Source: an uncultured delta proteobacterium (GTDB lineage Bacteria > Myxococcota > UBA727 > VGSZ01). From it: a DNA stretch of 64,000 nucleotides. Position 1 is the stretch's first letter; each line of letters opens with the position of its first letter. The notes beneath the pieces were generated by a model that saw only the letters and a list, made by a program, of their open reading frames with translations, had not been told where the DNA came from and did no database searches. A program made the position numbers and the translations under genes. Below, in pieces: positions 9,894 to 19,399 of the stretch. The stretch covers positions 192,001 to 256,000 of the forward strand of contig CAVZJB010000011.1 in the NCBI GenBank assembly GCA_963775425.1, given 5' to 3'.

Positions 9894-11129
9894 ATGAGCG
9901 GCGTCGGCGTCGGCTTCACGCTCCAGCCCGACGAGGAATTCCTCGCGCTGTGCGCGGCGCTCCTCGAGCACGCCGACTACGCCGAGCTCGCGCCGGAGAC
10001 CCTGTGGCGCCGCCGCGACGACGGCGCCTTCGTCGAAAACGGCTTCCACGTCGAGGTGGGCCGCATCGTCGACCGGGCCGGCGTCGCCGTGGTCTCCCAC
10101 GGCGTCGGCCTCTCCCTCGGCACCCTCGACGACGCCGACGAGCCGCGGCTGTCGGCGTGGCTCGCGCGCCTGGCGAAGGACGCCGCGCGCTTTCGCTTTC
10201 GCTGGGCCAGCGATCACCTCGGCGCCACCCACATCGGCGGCCTGCACCTGCAGCTCCCCGTGCCGGTGCCGATGACCGCCGCGCACGCCGCGGCCACCCG
10301 GCGCAGGCTCGCGCGCCTCGCCGCCGCCGTCGGCGCGCCCGCCGCCGTCGAGACCACCGCCAACCACTTCGTCCTCGGCGATCCCCTCGACGAGCCCGCG
10401 TTCGTCGCCGCGTGCACCGAGGGCGCCGGCGTCGTGCTCGACCTGCACAACGTCTGGACCATGGCGCAGAACCTCGGCTTCGACGTCGACGCGTACCTGT
10501 CGCGGCTGCCCCTCGATCGCGTCGTCGAGATCCACGTCTCGGGCGGCTCCGAGAGCGATCCGCGCTGGCTCCCGAGCGGGCGCAGCGTGCGCCTCGACAG
10601 CCACGACGGCGCCGTCCCCGAGGCGGTCTGGTCGCTCCTCGCCGCCTGGGCGCCGCGCTGCCCGCGCCTGCAGGGCGTCACGCTCGAGCGCATGGAGGGC
10701 ACCGTCGACGACGACACCGTCCCCTTGCTGCGCGAAGAGCTCGCCCGCGTCCGCAAGCTCGTCGACACGCTGGCGGCGGCCGCGCTCCCACCCGTCGCCG
10801 ACAACCGGCCGGCTGCCGCGAGCGTGCAGGTGGCTCGCCCGCGCTCGCTCGACGAGAGGGCGTACGCCGAGGCGCTGTGCGCGAGCGACCCCGCGGCCGC
10901 GCTCACGGCGCTCGGCGCCGTCGTCGACGAAGACGGCGCGCGCGTCACCGGTCTGCTCGTCGCCAAGCTGCGCTTCGAGCGCGTCATCCAGGGCTCGCGC
11001 GCCGCCGCGGCGCGCTTCCACGAAGATCCCGCCGGCTTCGCCGCCGCCTTCCGCCGCTACCACGCCGCCGTCGCGCCCACCGCGCTCACGCCCGCCGAAG
11101 AAGCCGCCGCGTTCCTCGGGTTCGCGTGA
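9894..11129 (+). CDS. DUF692 / multinuclear non-heme iron oxidative enzyme (MNIO; MbnB/TglH/ChrH family) with C-terminal extension
   Basis: HGVGLSLG, SDHL, VE, LDLHN, EIHVSGG, DSH, TLER iron-ligand motifs in the expected order; about 120 extra C-terminal residues. Confidence 0.88.
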   Translation: MSGVGVGFTLQPDEEFLALCAALLEHADYAELAPETLWRRRDDGAFVENGFHVEVGRIVDRAGVAVVSHGVGLSLGTLDDADEPRLSAWLARLAKDAARFRFRWASDHLGATHIGGLHLQLPVPVPMTAAHAAATRRRLARLAAAVGAPAAVETTANHFVLGDPLDEPAFVAACTEGAGVVLDLHNVWTMAQNLGFDVDAYLSRLPLDRVVEIHVSGGSESDPRWLPSGRSVRLDSHDGAVPEAVWSLLAAWAPRCPRLQGVTLERMEGTVDDDTVPLLREELARVRKLVDTLAAAALPPVADNRPAAASVQVARPRSLDERAYAEALCASDPAAALTALGAVVDEDGARVTGLLVAKLRFERVIQGSRAAAARFHEDPAGFAAAFRRYHAAVAPTALTPAEEAAAFLGFA

Positions 11130-11171
11130 GCGGCGCGAAAGACACCCCGGGCGGGCGTTGCGGGTTCGCGC

Positions 11172-12566
11172 TTGGCGGGCGAGAACGTCTCCGTGCGCAA
11201 CGACGGCGACGTCCACATCCGCTGCCCGATCCACGGGACGCTCCTGGTGAGCACCCGCGAGATCAAGCTCATCGATCACCCCTACTTCCAGAGGCTGCGG
11301 AACATCAAGCAGCTCGGCTTCGCCGACCTCGCCTTCCCCGGCGCCACGCACACACGCTACAGCCACTCGCTCGGCGCGATGCACGTCGCCACGCGGCTGT
11401 TCGATCGCCTCTTTCCACCGCGCGCCCTGGGGCACGAGGGCCCCGGCGCCGATCTGCCGGAGCGGGTGCGTGCGCGGTTCCGGCAGGCGGCGCGCCTGGC
11501 CATGCTCTTTCACGACCTCGGGCACGCGCCGCTGTCGCACACCACCGAGATGCTCATGCCGTCGGTGGGCGAGCTCGGCCTCGGCACCTTCGCCGGCGTC
11601 GACGTCACCCGCGCCGCCACCCACGAGGACTACACGCTCAAGATCGTCCTCGACAGCTCGCTCGGCGAGCTCATCCGCGAGCTGTTCGACGACGACGGCA
11701 TCATGCCGCAGGACGTCGCCGAGCTCATCGCGGGCGCCACGTGGCAGGGACAGAGCGCCCGGTATCGCCACGGCGGCGTCGACTACTCCCCGGTGCTCCG
11801 CCAGATCGTCTCGTCGGAGTGCGACGCCGATCGCATGGACTACCTCCAGAGGGACTCCTTCTACTCGGGCGTCAACTACGGGCGCTTCGACGCCGACTGG
11901 CTCATCGACAACGTCACCACAGTCGAGAAGCAGGGCGCCGTCTATCTCGGCATCAAGTCACGCGCGATCTTCTCGTTCGAGGACTTCCTGCTGTCGCGCT
12001 ACCACATGTTCGCGACGGTCTACCTGCACTACACGCCGGTGATCTTCGAGAAGATGCTCGCGCGCTACTTCGAGCAGGCGCGCGGCGAGTTCGATCTCCC
12101 CGCGGACATCGATCGCTACTGCGCCATCGACGACGTCGACCTCTGGGCCGCGCTACGCAAGTCCAAGAACCCGTGGGCGCGCCGCGTGGTGGAGCGCAAG
12201 CCGTTCGTCCTGCTCGACGAGAAGAACGAGGGCCACCAACAGGTCGGCAGCGGCGTCTCCCACGACGAGCTCGCGGAGCGCCTCGGCGCAAAGAGCATCG
12301 AGTACATCCACACCCGCTCGCGCAGCGTGCTCTCCAAGTACTTCCACACCGCCAACAAGAGCCCCATCTTCGTCACCAGCTCGTCGGGGACGCCGGTGTC
12401 GCTCGAGGAGTACACGCCGCTGTACGCGCGCTACGCCAACCCCGCGCTCCTCGAGCGCGTGTTCGTCGATCCGGCGCAGCGGGTCGAGGCGCGGCAGGTG
12501 TTCGCCGAGCTCGTCGAGCAGCGGGAAAAGCGCGAGCTCCCCACCGCGCCGGGCGCGGACGCTTGA
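11172..12566 (+). CDS. HD-domain phosphohydrolase (SAMHD1/YdhJ-like dNTPase family)
   Basis: PIHG, FQRLRNIKQLG, HTRYSHSLG, HDLGHAPLSH, DADRMDYLQRD. Confidence 0.92.
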   Translation: MAGENVSVRNDGDVHIRCPIHGTLLVSTREIKLIDHPYFQRLRNIKQLGFADLAFPGATHTRYSHSLGAMHVATRLFDRLFPPRALGHEGPGADLPERVRARFRQAARLAMLFHDLGHAPLSHTTEMLMPSVGELGLGTFAGVDVTRAATHEDYTLKIVLDSSLGELIRELFDDDGIMPQDVAELIAGATWQGQSARYRHGGVDYSPVLRQIVSSECDADRMDYLQRDSFYSGVNYGRFDADWLIDNVTTVEKQGAVYLGIKSRAIFSFEDFLLSRYHMFATVYLHYTPVIFEKMLARYFEQARGEFDLPADIDRYCAIDDVDLWAALRKSKNPWARRVVERKPFVLLDEKNEGHQQVGSGVSHDELAERLGAKSIEYIHTRSRSVLSKYFHTANKSPIFVTSSSGTPVSLEEYTPLYARYANPALLERVFVDPAQRVEARQVFAELVEQREKRELPTAPGADA

Positions 12567-12615
12567 TGGTGCGCGGCCGCCGTCGCCGGTTGGCGAGCGC
12601 GCCCGGGGCCGGGCG

Positions 12616-14937
12616 GTGATCGCCGGCGAGACGTTCGCCGGCAAGTACGTCCTCGAGCGCCCGCTCGGCAGCGGCGGCATGGGCACGGTGTGGATCGCTG
12701 AGCAACGCCCGCTGTCGCGCAAGGTGGCGCTGAAGGTGCTCAAGCAGGTGCGGGCCGGCGCGGAGGCGCGCTTCCTGCGCGAGATGCAGGCGCTCGGCCG
12801 CATCTCCAATCCGCACGTCGTCACCGTCTACGACTCCGGCAGCGCCGACGACGGCACGCTCTACATCGCCATGGAGCTCGTCGACGGGCCCACGCTGCGC
12901 GAAGAGCTCCACGCGCGCGGGCGGATGACGCCGGCGCAGTCACTCGACGTCGTCCGCGAGATCGCCGCCGGGCTCGCGGCGGCGCACGCGCAAAACGTCG
13001 CACACTTCGATCTCAAGCCCGAAAACGTCGTCCTGCAGCGCACGTCGCGGGGGCGTACCTGCAAGATCCTCGACTTCGGCGTCGCCCGCATGCTCGACCC
13101 GGGCCCCGACGTGCTCGCCGGCGAGCCGGGCGCCGCCACCGCGGAGCAGACCGTCACCGAGGAGGGGACGGCGGTCGGCACCGTCGGCTACATGAGCCCG
13201 GAGCAGCTCCGCGGCGTGCGTGACGATCCGCGCAGCGACCTCTACGCGCTCGGCGTCATCTGGTTCGAGCTGCTCACCGGTCGCGGGCCCTTCGGGGGCA
13301 AGACCGGCGCCGAGCTCGCCATGGAGCACATGGTGAAGCCGCCGCCGCGCGCGAGCGAGCTCGCGCCCTCGGCGGTGCCCGCCGAGATCGAGGCCATCCT
13401 CGCTCGGCTCCTCGCCAAGGACCCGGCCAATCGCCCAGAGACCGCCGCCGCCCTCGTCGACGCCCTTGCCTCGCTCTCCGTGTCGTCGTCGGCGGCCACG
13501 GCCACCTCCACCGTCGCCGCGCCGCTCGTGTCGTCGACGGCGCCCACCGCGCCCACCGTGACCGCCGCGCGCGTGGCGCCGGTGCCGGCGCGGTCGTCGC
13601 GGCCGAGGGTGGCGGCGCTGCTCGCGATCGTCGTGGGTGTCGTCGTCGCGCTCGTCGCCGGCGTCGTCATCACGCGGGGGGGCGGCGGGAGCGGGAGCGC
13701 CGCCAGCGCGCCGCCGACGCCGGCGGGCGACGGCCGCAAGCGGATCGCCGTGCTCTCGCTCGTCGACACGGCGCAAGATCCTCAGCTCGGCGCCATCGCC
13801 GCCGACGCGCTCGCGAGCTCCCTCGCGGGGCTCGACGGCGCGCGCATCGTGTCGCCGCTGCGGGTGGCGCGCGCAGAGCGAGACGCCAAGGGCGACCCGC
13901 TCGAGGCGGTGGGCCGGCTCGGCGTCGACATCGCCGTCACGGGGCAGGTCAACCACCCCGGCGACGGGGTGAGCGTGGTGGTGAGCCTGAACGACATGGC
14001 GACGGGCGACCTCGTCGAGGGTGGCCGCTCGCCGAGCGCCGCGGACGTCGGCGCGGCGGTGCGGAAGGTCCTCCCGGCGGTGCGCGCGTCGCTCACGCGC
14101 TTGCTGCCGGCGCAGGAGAAGCGCGGCGTGTCGGAGGAGATGCGAAAGACCGCGCGCGCCGACGGCCCCACGGTCGCGGAATCGACGCCGGGCCTCACGG
14201 ACCCGATCGCACAAAGCGGTCCGCTGGCCGCGGTCGAGGTGGCCCACAAGACGCCTGAGCAAGCCAACGGAGCGAAGAACGAAGCGGTGAGCCGACTGCA
14301 GAAGCACCGGGCGCCTCCACCGGGGAGCCCCGGGAAGGTGGGCGATCCCCTCCCGCCGTCGAGCACCTTCGTGCCCACCGTGCCGGAGGCCTACCGCCAC
14401 TACATGAACGCGTTCGAGCTCCTCGAAAGCGACCTCGCGGGCACGCAGCGGGAGCTCGAGCTCGCGACGCAGCTCGACCCCGCGTGCAGCACGCTGTGGG
14501 TGCACCTCGCGCTCATCCGCGCCGGCCGCCAAGGCGTCGACGACCCCGGCGTCAAGGAGGCGCTCGCCCACGTCAGCGGCGCGCTCTCCTTGCGCGAGCG
14601 GAACGTCTACGACGTGCTCACCGCCCTCGTCGCCCACCAGGCCGCGCTCGCCGTCGCGCGCGCCGCCCGCTTCACCGAGACCTCTCCCGACGAGCCCATG
14701 GCCTTCGTCCTGCTCGCCAGCGCGCGCGCCGCGGACCACGACGTCGCCGGCGCCGTCGACGCGGTGAAGATCGCGCGCAGCCTCGACCCCGATATGTCGT
14801 TTTCGGCGGGCATGCTGATGGACCTCTACGCGTCCACGGGCAAGGTCGACGACGCCCGCCGCGTGGCGCGCGACTTCTTGAAGCGGCACCCCGCCAACGC
14901 CGACGTCGCCCGGCACATGTCCACGCTCGCGCCCTGA
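12616..14937 (+). CDS. Membrane Ser/Thr protein kinase with TolB-N-like and TPR-like C-terminal region
   Basis: GSGGMG, VALK, HFDLKPEN, DFG, GTVGYMSPE; one TM helix; helical repeat C-terminus. Confidence 0.9.
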   Translation: MIAGETFAGKYVLERPLGSGGMGTVWIAEQRPLSRKVALKVLKQVRAGAEARFLREMQALGRISNPHVVTVYDSGSADDGTLYIAMELVDGPTLREELHARGRMTPAQSLDVVREIAAGLAAAHAQNVAHFDLKPENVVLQRTSRGRTCKILDFGVARMLDPGPDVLAGEPGAATAEQTVTEEGTAVGTVGYMSPEQLRGVRDDPRSDLYALGVIWFELLTGRGPFGGKTGAELAMEHMVKPPPRASELAPSAVPAEIEAILARLLAKDPANRPETAAALVDALASLSVSSSAATATSTVAAPLVSSTAPTAPTVTAARVAPVPARSSRPRVAALLAIVVGVVVALVAGVVITRGGGGSGSAASAPPTPAGDGRKRIAVLSLVDTAQDPQLGAIAADALASSLAGLDGARIVSPLRVARAERDAKGDPLEAVGRLGVDIAVTGQVNHPGDGVSVVVSLNDMATGDLVEGGRSPSAADVGAAVRKVLPAVRASLTRLLPAQEKRGVSEEMRKTARADGPTVAESTPGLTDPIAQSGPLAAVEVAHKTPEQANGAKNEAVSRLQKHRAPPPGSPGKVGDPLPPSSTFVPTVPEAYRHYMNAFELLESDLAGTQRELELATQLDPACSTLWVHLALIRAGRQGVDDPGVKEALAHVSGALSLRERNVYDVLTALVAHQAALAVARAARFTETSPDEPMAFVLLASARAADHDVAGAVDAVKIARSLDPDMSFSAGMLMDLYASTGKVDDARRVARDFLKRHPANADVARHMSTLAP

Positions 14938-14947
14938 CCGGCTCCGC

Positions 14948-16033
14948 TCACCAGCGCAGGTGGCGCGTCAGCGCGGCGGCCACCGTGTCCGCGAGCCGCT
15001 GCTGCATGCGCGGGCCGGGGTGCCAGACGCAGCCGAGGCCGAGCGCGTCGTCGCGCGCGGGCAGCTTCGCCCACGCGAGCCTGCCGTCGCCGCGCTTGTG
15101 CACCACCGCGTTCATCCAGGTGGGCGCCACGGTGGCGACGGGATCCTTCGGGCTCTTGCTCAAAGGCATCGGCGACAGCAGCAGGATGAAGGCGCGCGGC
15201 GAGCGCCGGCGGATCTCGTCGAGGAGCGCGTGCATGGCGGCCATGAAGCGGCCGCGGTCGGGGACGCCCTCGAGGAAGTCGTTGTTGCCGAGCTCCACGA
15301 CCACCACGTCGTCGACGTTCGCCCGCGACGACAGCGGCGGGGTCTTTGCGTACAGCGCGGGCACGCTCTCGACGTCGGTCCTGCCGTCGAAGTCGCGGTA
15401 GACGCCGCGCCCCGACCACGCGACCACGGCGAGGTCGGCGCGAAAGCGCCGGGCGACGAGCGCGGGGAAGGCGCGGGTGGCGTCCTCGGTGTCGGCCGAG
15501 AACGGGCAGTCCGGGCCCTTGCCGAGCACGCCGAAGCCGGCGGCGAGCGAGTCCCCGATGACCTCCACCCGCCTCCTCTTCGGCCCGAGCGGACCGGGGG
15601 CCACCAGCGCCGCGCCGTCGTCGAGGACGAGGGCCTTCACGACGGTGGTGCCCACGAGCGGCTCGGTGCGCTTGACGAGCGAGAGCGTGTGGACCCCGGG
15701 CTTCAAGCCGCGCGCGACGACGACGGCGCCGGCGCCGCGCGGCATCGACAGCTCGCTGCGCGCGCCGTCGACGAACGCGGCGAAGCAATCCGTCCCCGCC
15801 TGCGCCCGCTCCCCCGGTCTCGGGTGCTCGATGGGCTCGGGCGGCGCCGGGCGCTCCTCCACCTCGAGCGAGAGCGAGGTGCCGGTGAAGCGCGCGCGCA
15901 GCGCGCCGGCGGACCAGGAGAGCACGACGGCGTCGCCGGCCGTTTCGCGGCGCCCGACGACGACGACGTGCGCGTCGGTGGCGGGGACGCGCACGCTCGC
16001 GGCGACAGCAAAGAGCAACAGCACGGGCGTCAC
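14948..16033 (-). CDS. SGNH/GDSL hydrolase (CE2-like acetyl esterase)
   Basis: Signal peptide, IGDSL, AWSGRG, ELGNNDF, WHP. Confidence 0.85.
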   Translation of the reverse strand: MTPVLLLFAVAASVRVPATDAHVVVVGRRETAGDAVVLSWSAGALRARFTGTSLSLEVEERPAPPEPIEHPRPGERAQAGTDCFAAFVDGARSELSMPRGAGAVVVARGLKPGVHTLSLVKRTEPLVGTTVVKALVLDDGAALVAPGPLGPKRRRVEVIGDSLAAGFGVLGKGPDCPFSADTEDATRAFPALVARRFRADLAVVAWSGRGVYRDFDGRTDVESVPALYAKTPPLSSRANVDDVVVVELGNNDFLEGVPDRGRFMAAMHALLDEIRRRSPRAFILLLSPMPLSKSPKDPVATVAPTWMNAVVHKRGDGRLAWAKLPARDDALGLGCVWHPGPRMQQRLADTVAAALTRHLRW

Positions 16034-16144
16034 GCGCGCACAGTAGCGCGAGCCGTCGGCCCGGGAGCGCGAGGACGCTCGTCAGGGTGGCGTCGCCGGC
16101 ACGCGCGGTCGTCCCCGGCGCCGGCGGTGCGAGGCGGGCCGGCG

Positions 16145-17539
16145 TCACTGCGGCGCCAGCACCAGATCAAACGAGCAGCCGACGACGACGTCGTCGTCGG
16201 CGACCGGAACGCCGCCGTGAAAGCGCGGGCCGTGCAGCCAGCGCGCGTAGACGGACAACGGCGGCGCCACCTGCCACGCCGCGTCGGCGACGACCAGGGT
16301 GCGATCGCCGAAGGCGAGCAGATCGACGGGCCGCGCGACGGCCCGCTGCAGCGCGCGCACGTCGACGCGCACGCTGCCCGCGTCCACCTCGAGGAACCCC
16401 TCCACGCGCGTGGCCTCGGGCACGGCGTCCACGTGCGCCCGCGCGCCGGCGCGCACGACCCGCATGACCACGAGCTCCGCCTCGACCGCGCCGCCCGCGC
16501 CGCCGGGGGCCGCGAGGTCCGCGACGCCGCTGTCGGAGAAGCCGCCGGCGGCGAGGGCGTAGCGGCGGCGGTCGACGTCGTAGAGCGTGTCGAAGATCCC
16601 GGTTCGATGGCCGGGGCCGTCGAAGAAGCCGCGCACGCCCGCGCGGGCGGCGGCGAACGCGACGTCGAGGGAGACGTCGAGGCCCGCCTGCGCGCCGGCG
16701 CCGAGCGCGGCGCCGCCGAGGCCCGTGGTCGACGAGGCGGAGGCGAACGGCGTCACCTGCAGGGCGCCGTCGTCGAGGAGCGCCCAGGTGGCGTCCACCG
16801 CGGCGCCGCCCACGGGGCGGGACTTGGAGCCGGGCACGACGTCGCCGGCGGCGCCGGTGGCGCCGGGGCCGGTGGGGGCGACGGCGTCGCCGGCGACCTC
16901 GAAGCCGAGGCGCAGCCGGCCGAGGAGGCGATCGAAGACGTCGCCGTCGTCGCGCGCGCCGGCGGCGGGCCGGTGAAACAGCGGCGACGTCGAGACGCGC
17001 GCGCCGAACACCCGCTGCGGCGCGAGGAAGTCGCCCGCCAACGCCTGGATCTCGGTGGCGCCCCAGGGGAGGTCGCCTTGCAGGTACAGGCCCGAGCGGC
17101 GGTGATCCCAGTCGGAGGCGTTCGTGTATTCGTCGACGAGGGCGCCGTGGCCGAGGGTGGCGAACAGGCCGCCGGCCTTCAGGTGGAACGCGTCGCCGGG
17201 GTGAAAGAGCCGCACCTCCTCGACAATCTTGCCGAGCGCGTCCGCCGACGGCGCCCCCGCCTCCAGCCACTCCTCGCAGCGCACCAGCTTGCAGGCGGCG
17301 GGGCCCGCGGGATCCACGGGCGGGGCGAGGTCGATGAGCCGCAGCGTGAGCGGCAGCGAGAGGTGCGCGGCGAACGGCTCGGTCTCGACGCCGACGCCGA
17401 CGCCGACGCCCGCGACGACGTCGCCGCCGACGGCGCCGGCGTCCACGGACGCGTGCAGCCACACGCCCTCGGGCGGCGCCTCGGCCACCGCGTAGCCGGC
17501 GCCGGCGACGAAGGAGACCAGGGCGAGCGCCGCGCTCAT
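16145..17539 (-). CDS. Hypothetical exported, probable outer-membrane beta-barrel protein
   Basis: Signal peptide, TLGHG motif, alternating beta-strand pattern. Confidence 0.6.
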   Translation of the reverse strand: MSAALALVSFVAGAGYAVAEAPPEGVWLHASVDAGAVGGDVVAGVGVGVGVETEPFAAHLSLPLTLRLIDLAPPVDPAGPAACKLVRCEEWLEAGAPSADALGKIVEEVRLFHPGDAFHLKAGGLFATLGHGALVDEYTNASDWDHRRSGLYLQGDLPWGATEIQALAGDFLAPQRVFGARVSTSPLFHRPAAGARDDGDVFDRLLGRLRLGFEVAGDAVAPTGPGATGAAGDVVPGSKSRPVGGAAVDATWALLDDGALQVTPFASASSTTGLGGAALGAGAQAGLDVSLDVAFAAARAGVRGFFDGPGHRTGIFDTLYDVDRRRYALAAGGFSDSGVADLAAPGGAGGAVEAELVVMRVVRAGARAHVDAVPEATRVEGFLEVDAGSVRVDVRALQRAVARPVDLLAFGDRTLVVADAAWQVAPPLSVYARWLHGPRFHGGVPVADDDVVVGCSFDLVLAPQ

Positions 17540-17612
17540 GCGAGCGATCTTCTCGTCCCGGATCGCGCGGGTCGAGTTTCCGTCCGTCCTGCGCGCCCGT
17601 CCGGGCGACGGC

Positions 17613-18512
17613 TCAGGTCGAGCTGGTGTGCAGGGCGGCGAAGGAAGCGGCGCCGTTTCGCTCGAGCTCCAGCGCGGCCACGTGCGCCGGCTTCTGCGAC
17701 GAGCCGACGTTCACCTTCACGAGCCTGGGGTTGTCGAGGAGCGAGAGCTCCTCGCCGAGCTGCTCGAGCCGCTGCAGCGACACCGACGTCAGGGCGGCGT
17801 TGTCGTGCACGTGGAGGTAGAGGCCGCCCTTCTCGAACGCGGGCAGGTTGATCTCGGTGAGGCGGGGGTTGCCCTCGATGATCAGGGCGGCGTCGAGCTG
17901 TTTGAGCCTCGGCAGCGACAGGCGCGTGAGCGTGGTGTTGAAGCCGATGTAGATGCCCTTGGCGCGCTCGAGGCTGTCGAGCCCGTCGAGCACCGAGACC
18001 GCGGCGTTCCCCTCGATGACGAGCCGGCCGCCGAGCTCGACCAGCGACTTGAGCGCCAGGAAGTCCATGCTCCTGGCGGCGCTCTCCTGGACCACGAGGT
18101 CGCCGGTGATGCGCGCGACGCCGTCGAGCTTGTGCAGCCCCCCGGCGCTCTCGACCGTGACGTTGCCGTCGATGATCCGCCCGAGAGGCGTGTCCTTGAC
18201 GCGCACGCCGTCCTTGGGCGCAGCCTTGATGAGGCCTTCGGTCCCCTTGACCCCGAGCGCGGCCAGGCGCGCCTTGATGCCGGCGCCGCGGACGACCTCG
18301 ACGTGCTGATCCGGCAGGTCGTCCTTGCCAATCGTGGGGGCGCCCGGGTCGAAGACGCCGCCCTTGCCCTCGTCGAGCTCGGACCTGACTTCGCTGATTT
18401 CCCGTTTGTTCTCGGCAGGATCCGCCGTTTTTGTGCCACGGAAAGGGAGGATCCGGCCGCCCTTTTGCAGCTTGCCGGGATCGTTGCCCTTGGGTCCGCC
18501 CACGTTGGCCAT
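17613..18512 (-). CDS. Receptor L-domain-like leucine-rich repeat protein
   Basis: Repeats of LxxIgGxLxIxxNxxLxxIxLPxL (IEGNAAV, IGFNTTL, IEGNPRL, VHDNAAL, LLDNPRL). Confidence 0.7.
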   Translation of the reverse strand: MANVGGPKGNDPGKLQKGGRILPFRGTKTADPAENKREISEVRSELDEGKGGVFDPGAPTIGKDDLPDQHVEVVRGAGIKARLAALGVKGTEGLIKAAPKDGVRVKDTPLGRIIDGNVTVESAGGLHKLDGVARITGDLVVQESAARSMDFLALKSLVELGGRLVIEGNAAVSVLDGLDSLERAKGIYIGFNTTLTRLSLPRLKQLDAALIIEGNPRLTEINLPAFEKGGLYLHVHDNAALTSVSLQRLEQLGEELSLLDNPRLVKVNVGSSQKPAHVAALELERNGAASFAALHTSST

Positions 18513-18592
18513 CTGGACATTCTAGCCGTCGACGGCGGTTTTTGGCGCCGTGTGGCGTAGACGCCGACCCGGCCTCTGGTAGCGTCCCCGCC

Positions 18593-19003
18593 ATGAAGCG
18601 CGCCCTCGTGCTCCTCTCCGTCGCCGCCGCCCTCGCGGTCGTCGCGGGCTGCTCCCCCACCGGGGCGTTCTGCCAGGCGCAGAGCGACTGCGACGCCTTC
18701 GCGGCGCAGTTCCCCCTCGGCCTCGATCAGGTCGGTGAGAGCGACGACTCGGTCGGCGTCTGCATCGCCGACAACGACGGCTTCCTGCGCGAGCTGCGGG
18801 CCAACGAGGAGTCGCAGTGCCAGGACTGGGCGGACGCGTGGGAGGCCTACATGGCCTGCGTCGCCCAGGAGTACGGCGGCGATCCCGACAAGGCCTGCGA
18901 TCCGCTGCTGCGCGGCAGCGACAACCCGTGCCACAGCGAGCTGCGCGACGTCGACAACGCCATCCAGGACGCCGGTAACCGCTGCAGCCCGGACGAGACC
19001 TGA
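18593..19003 (+). CDS. Small Cys-rich lipoprotein
   Basis: MKRALVLL...VAG-C lipobox; multiple Cys; LRANEESQCQDWADA motif. Confidence 0.75.
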   Translation: MKRALVLLSVAAALAVVAGCSPTGAFCQAQSDCDAFAAQFPLGLDQVGESDDSVGVCIADNDGFLRELRANEESQCQDWADAWEAYMACVAQEYGGDPDKACDPLLRGSDNPCHSELRDVDNAIQDAGNRCSPDET

Positions 19004-19014
19004 GAGGTGCACGC

Positions 19015-19383
19015 ATGAGCATCACGAGAGCCCTCGCTCCCCTCGCGCTCGCCGCCCTCCTCACGGGGGTGATCGGCTGCACCGCCCAGGCCATCTGCGC
19101 CAAGGAGCAGGAGTGCAACGACAAGCGCCAGGACGACGACCCCGCCGTCTGCGCCGAGGCCTTCAACCGCACCATCGACACCCTCCGCGCCAACAAGGAG
19201 GAGGAGTGTCAGACGCTCGCGGACGCCACGCTCGCCCTCGCGGCGTGCAAGGCCTCGCTCGACTGCGACGACTTCGAGGAGGCCGACCTCGGCCAGAAGT
19301 GCGACCAGGAGCAGAAGGACTTCCAGCACGCGGAGGAGGACGCCGTCAGCGGCGGCCAATTCCAGTGCGGCAGCGAAGACTAA
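19015..19383 (+). CDS. Small Cys-rich lipoprotein, paralog of the upstream gene
   Basis: VIG-C lipobox; LRANKEEECQTLADA motif; GAGG RBS. Confidence 0.75.
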   Translation: MSITRALAPLALAALLTGVIGCTAQAICAKEQECNDKRQDDDPAVCAEAFNRTIDTLRANKEEECQTLADATLALAACKASLDCDDFEEADLGQKCDQEQKDFQHAEEDAVSGGQFQCGSED

Positions 19384-19399
19384 TCGTTAAGGGACGCGG

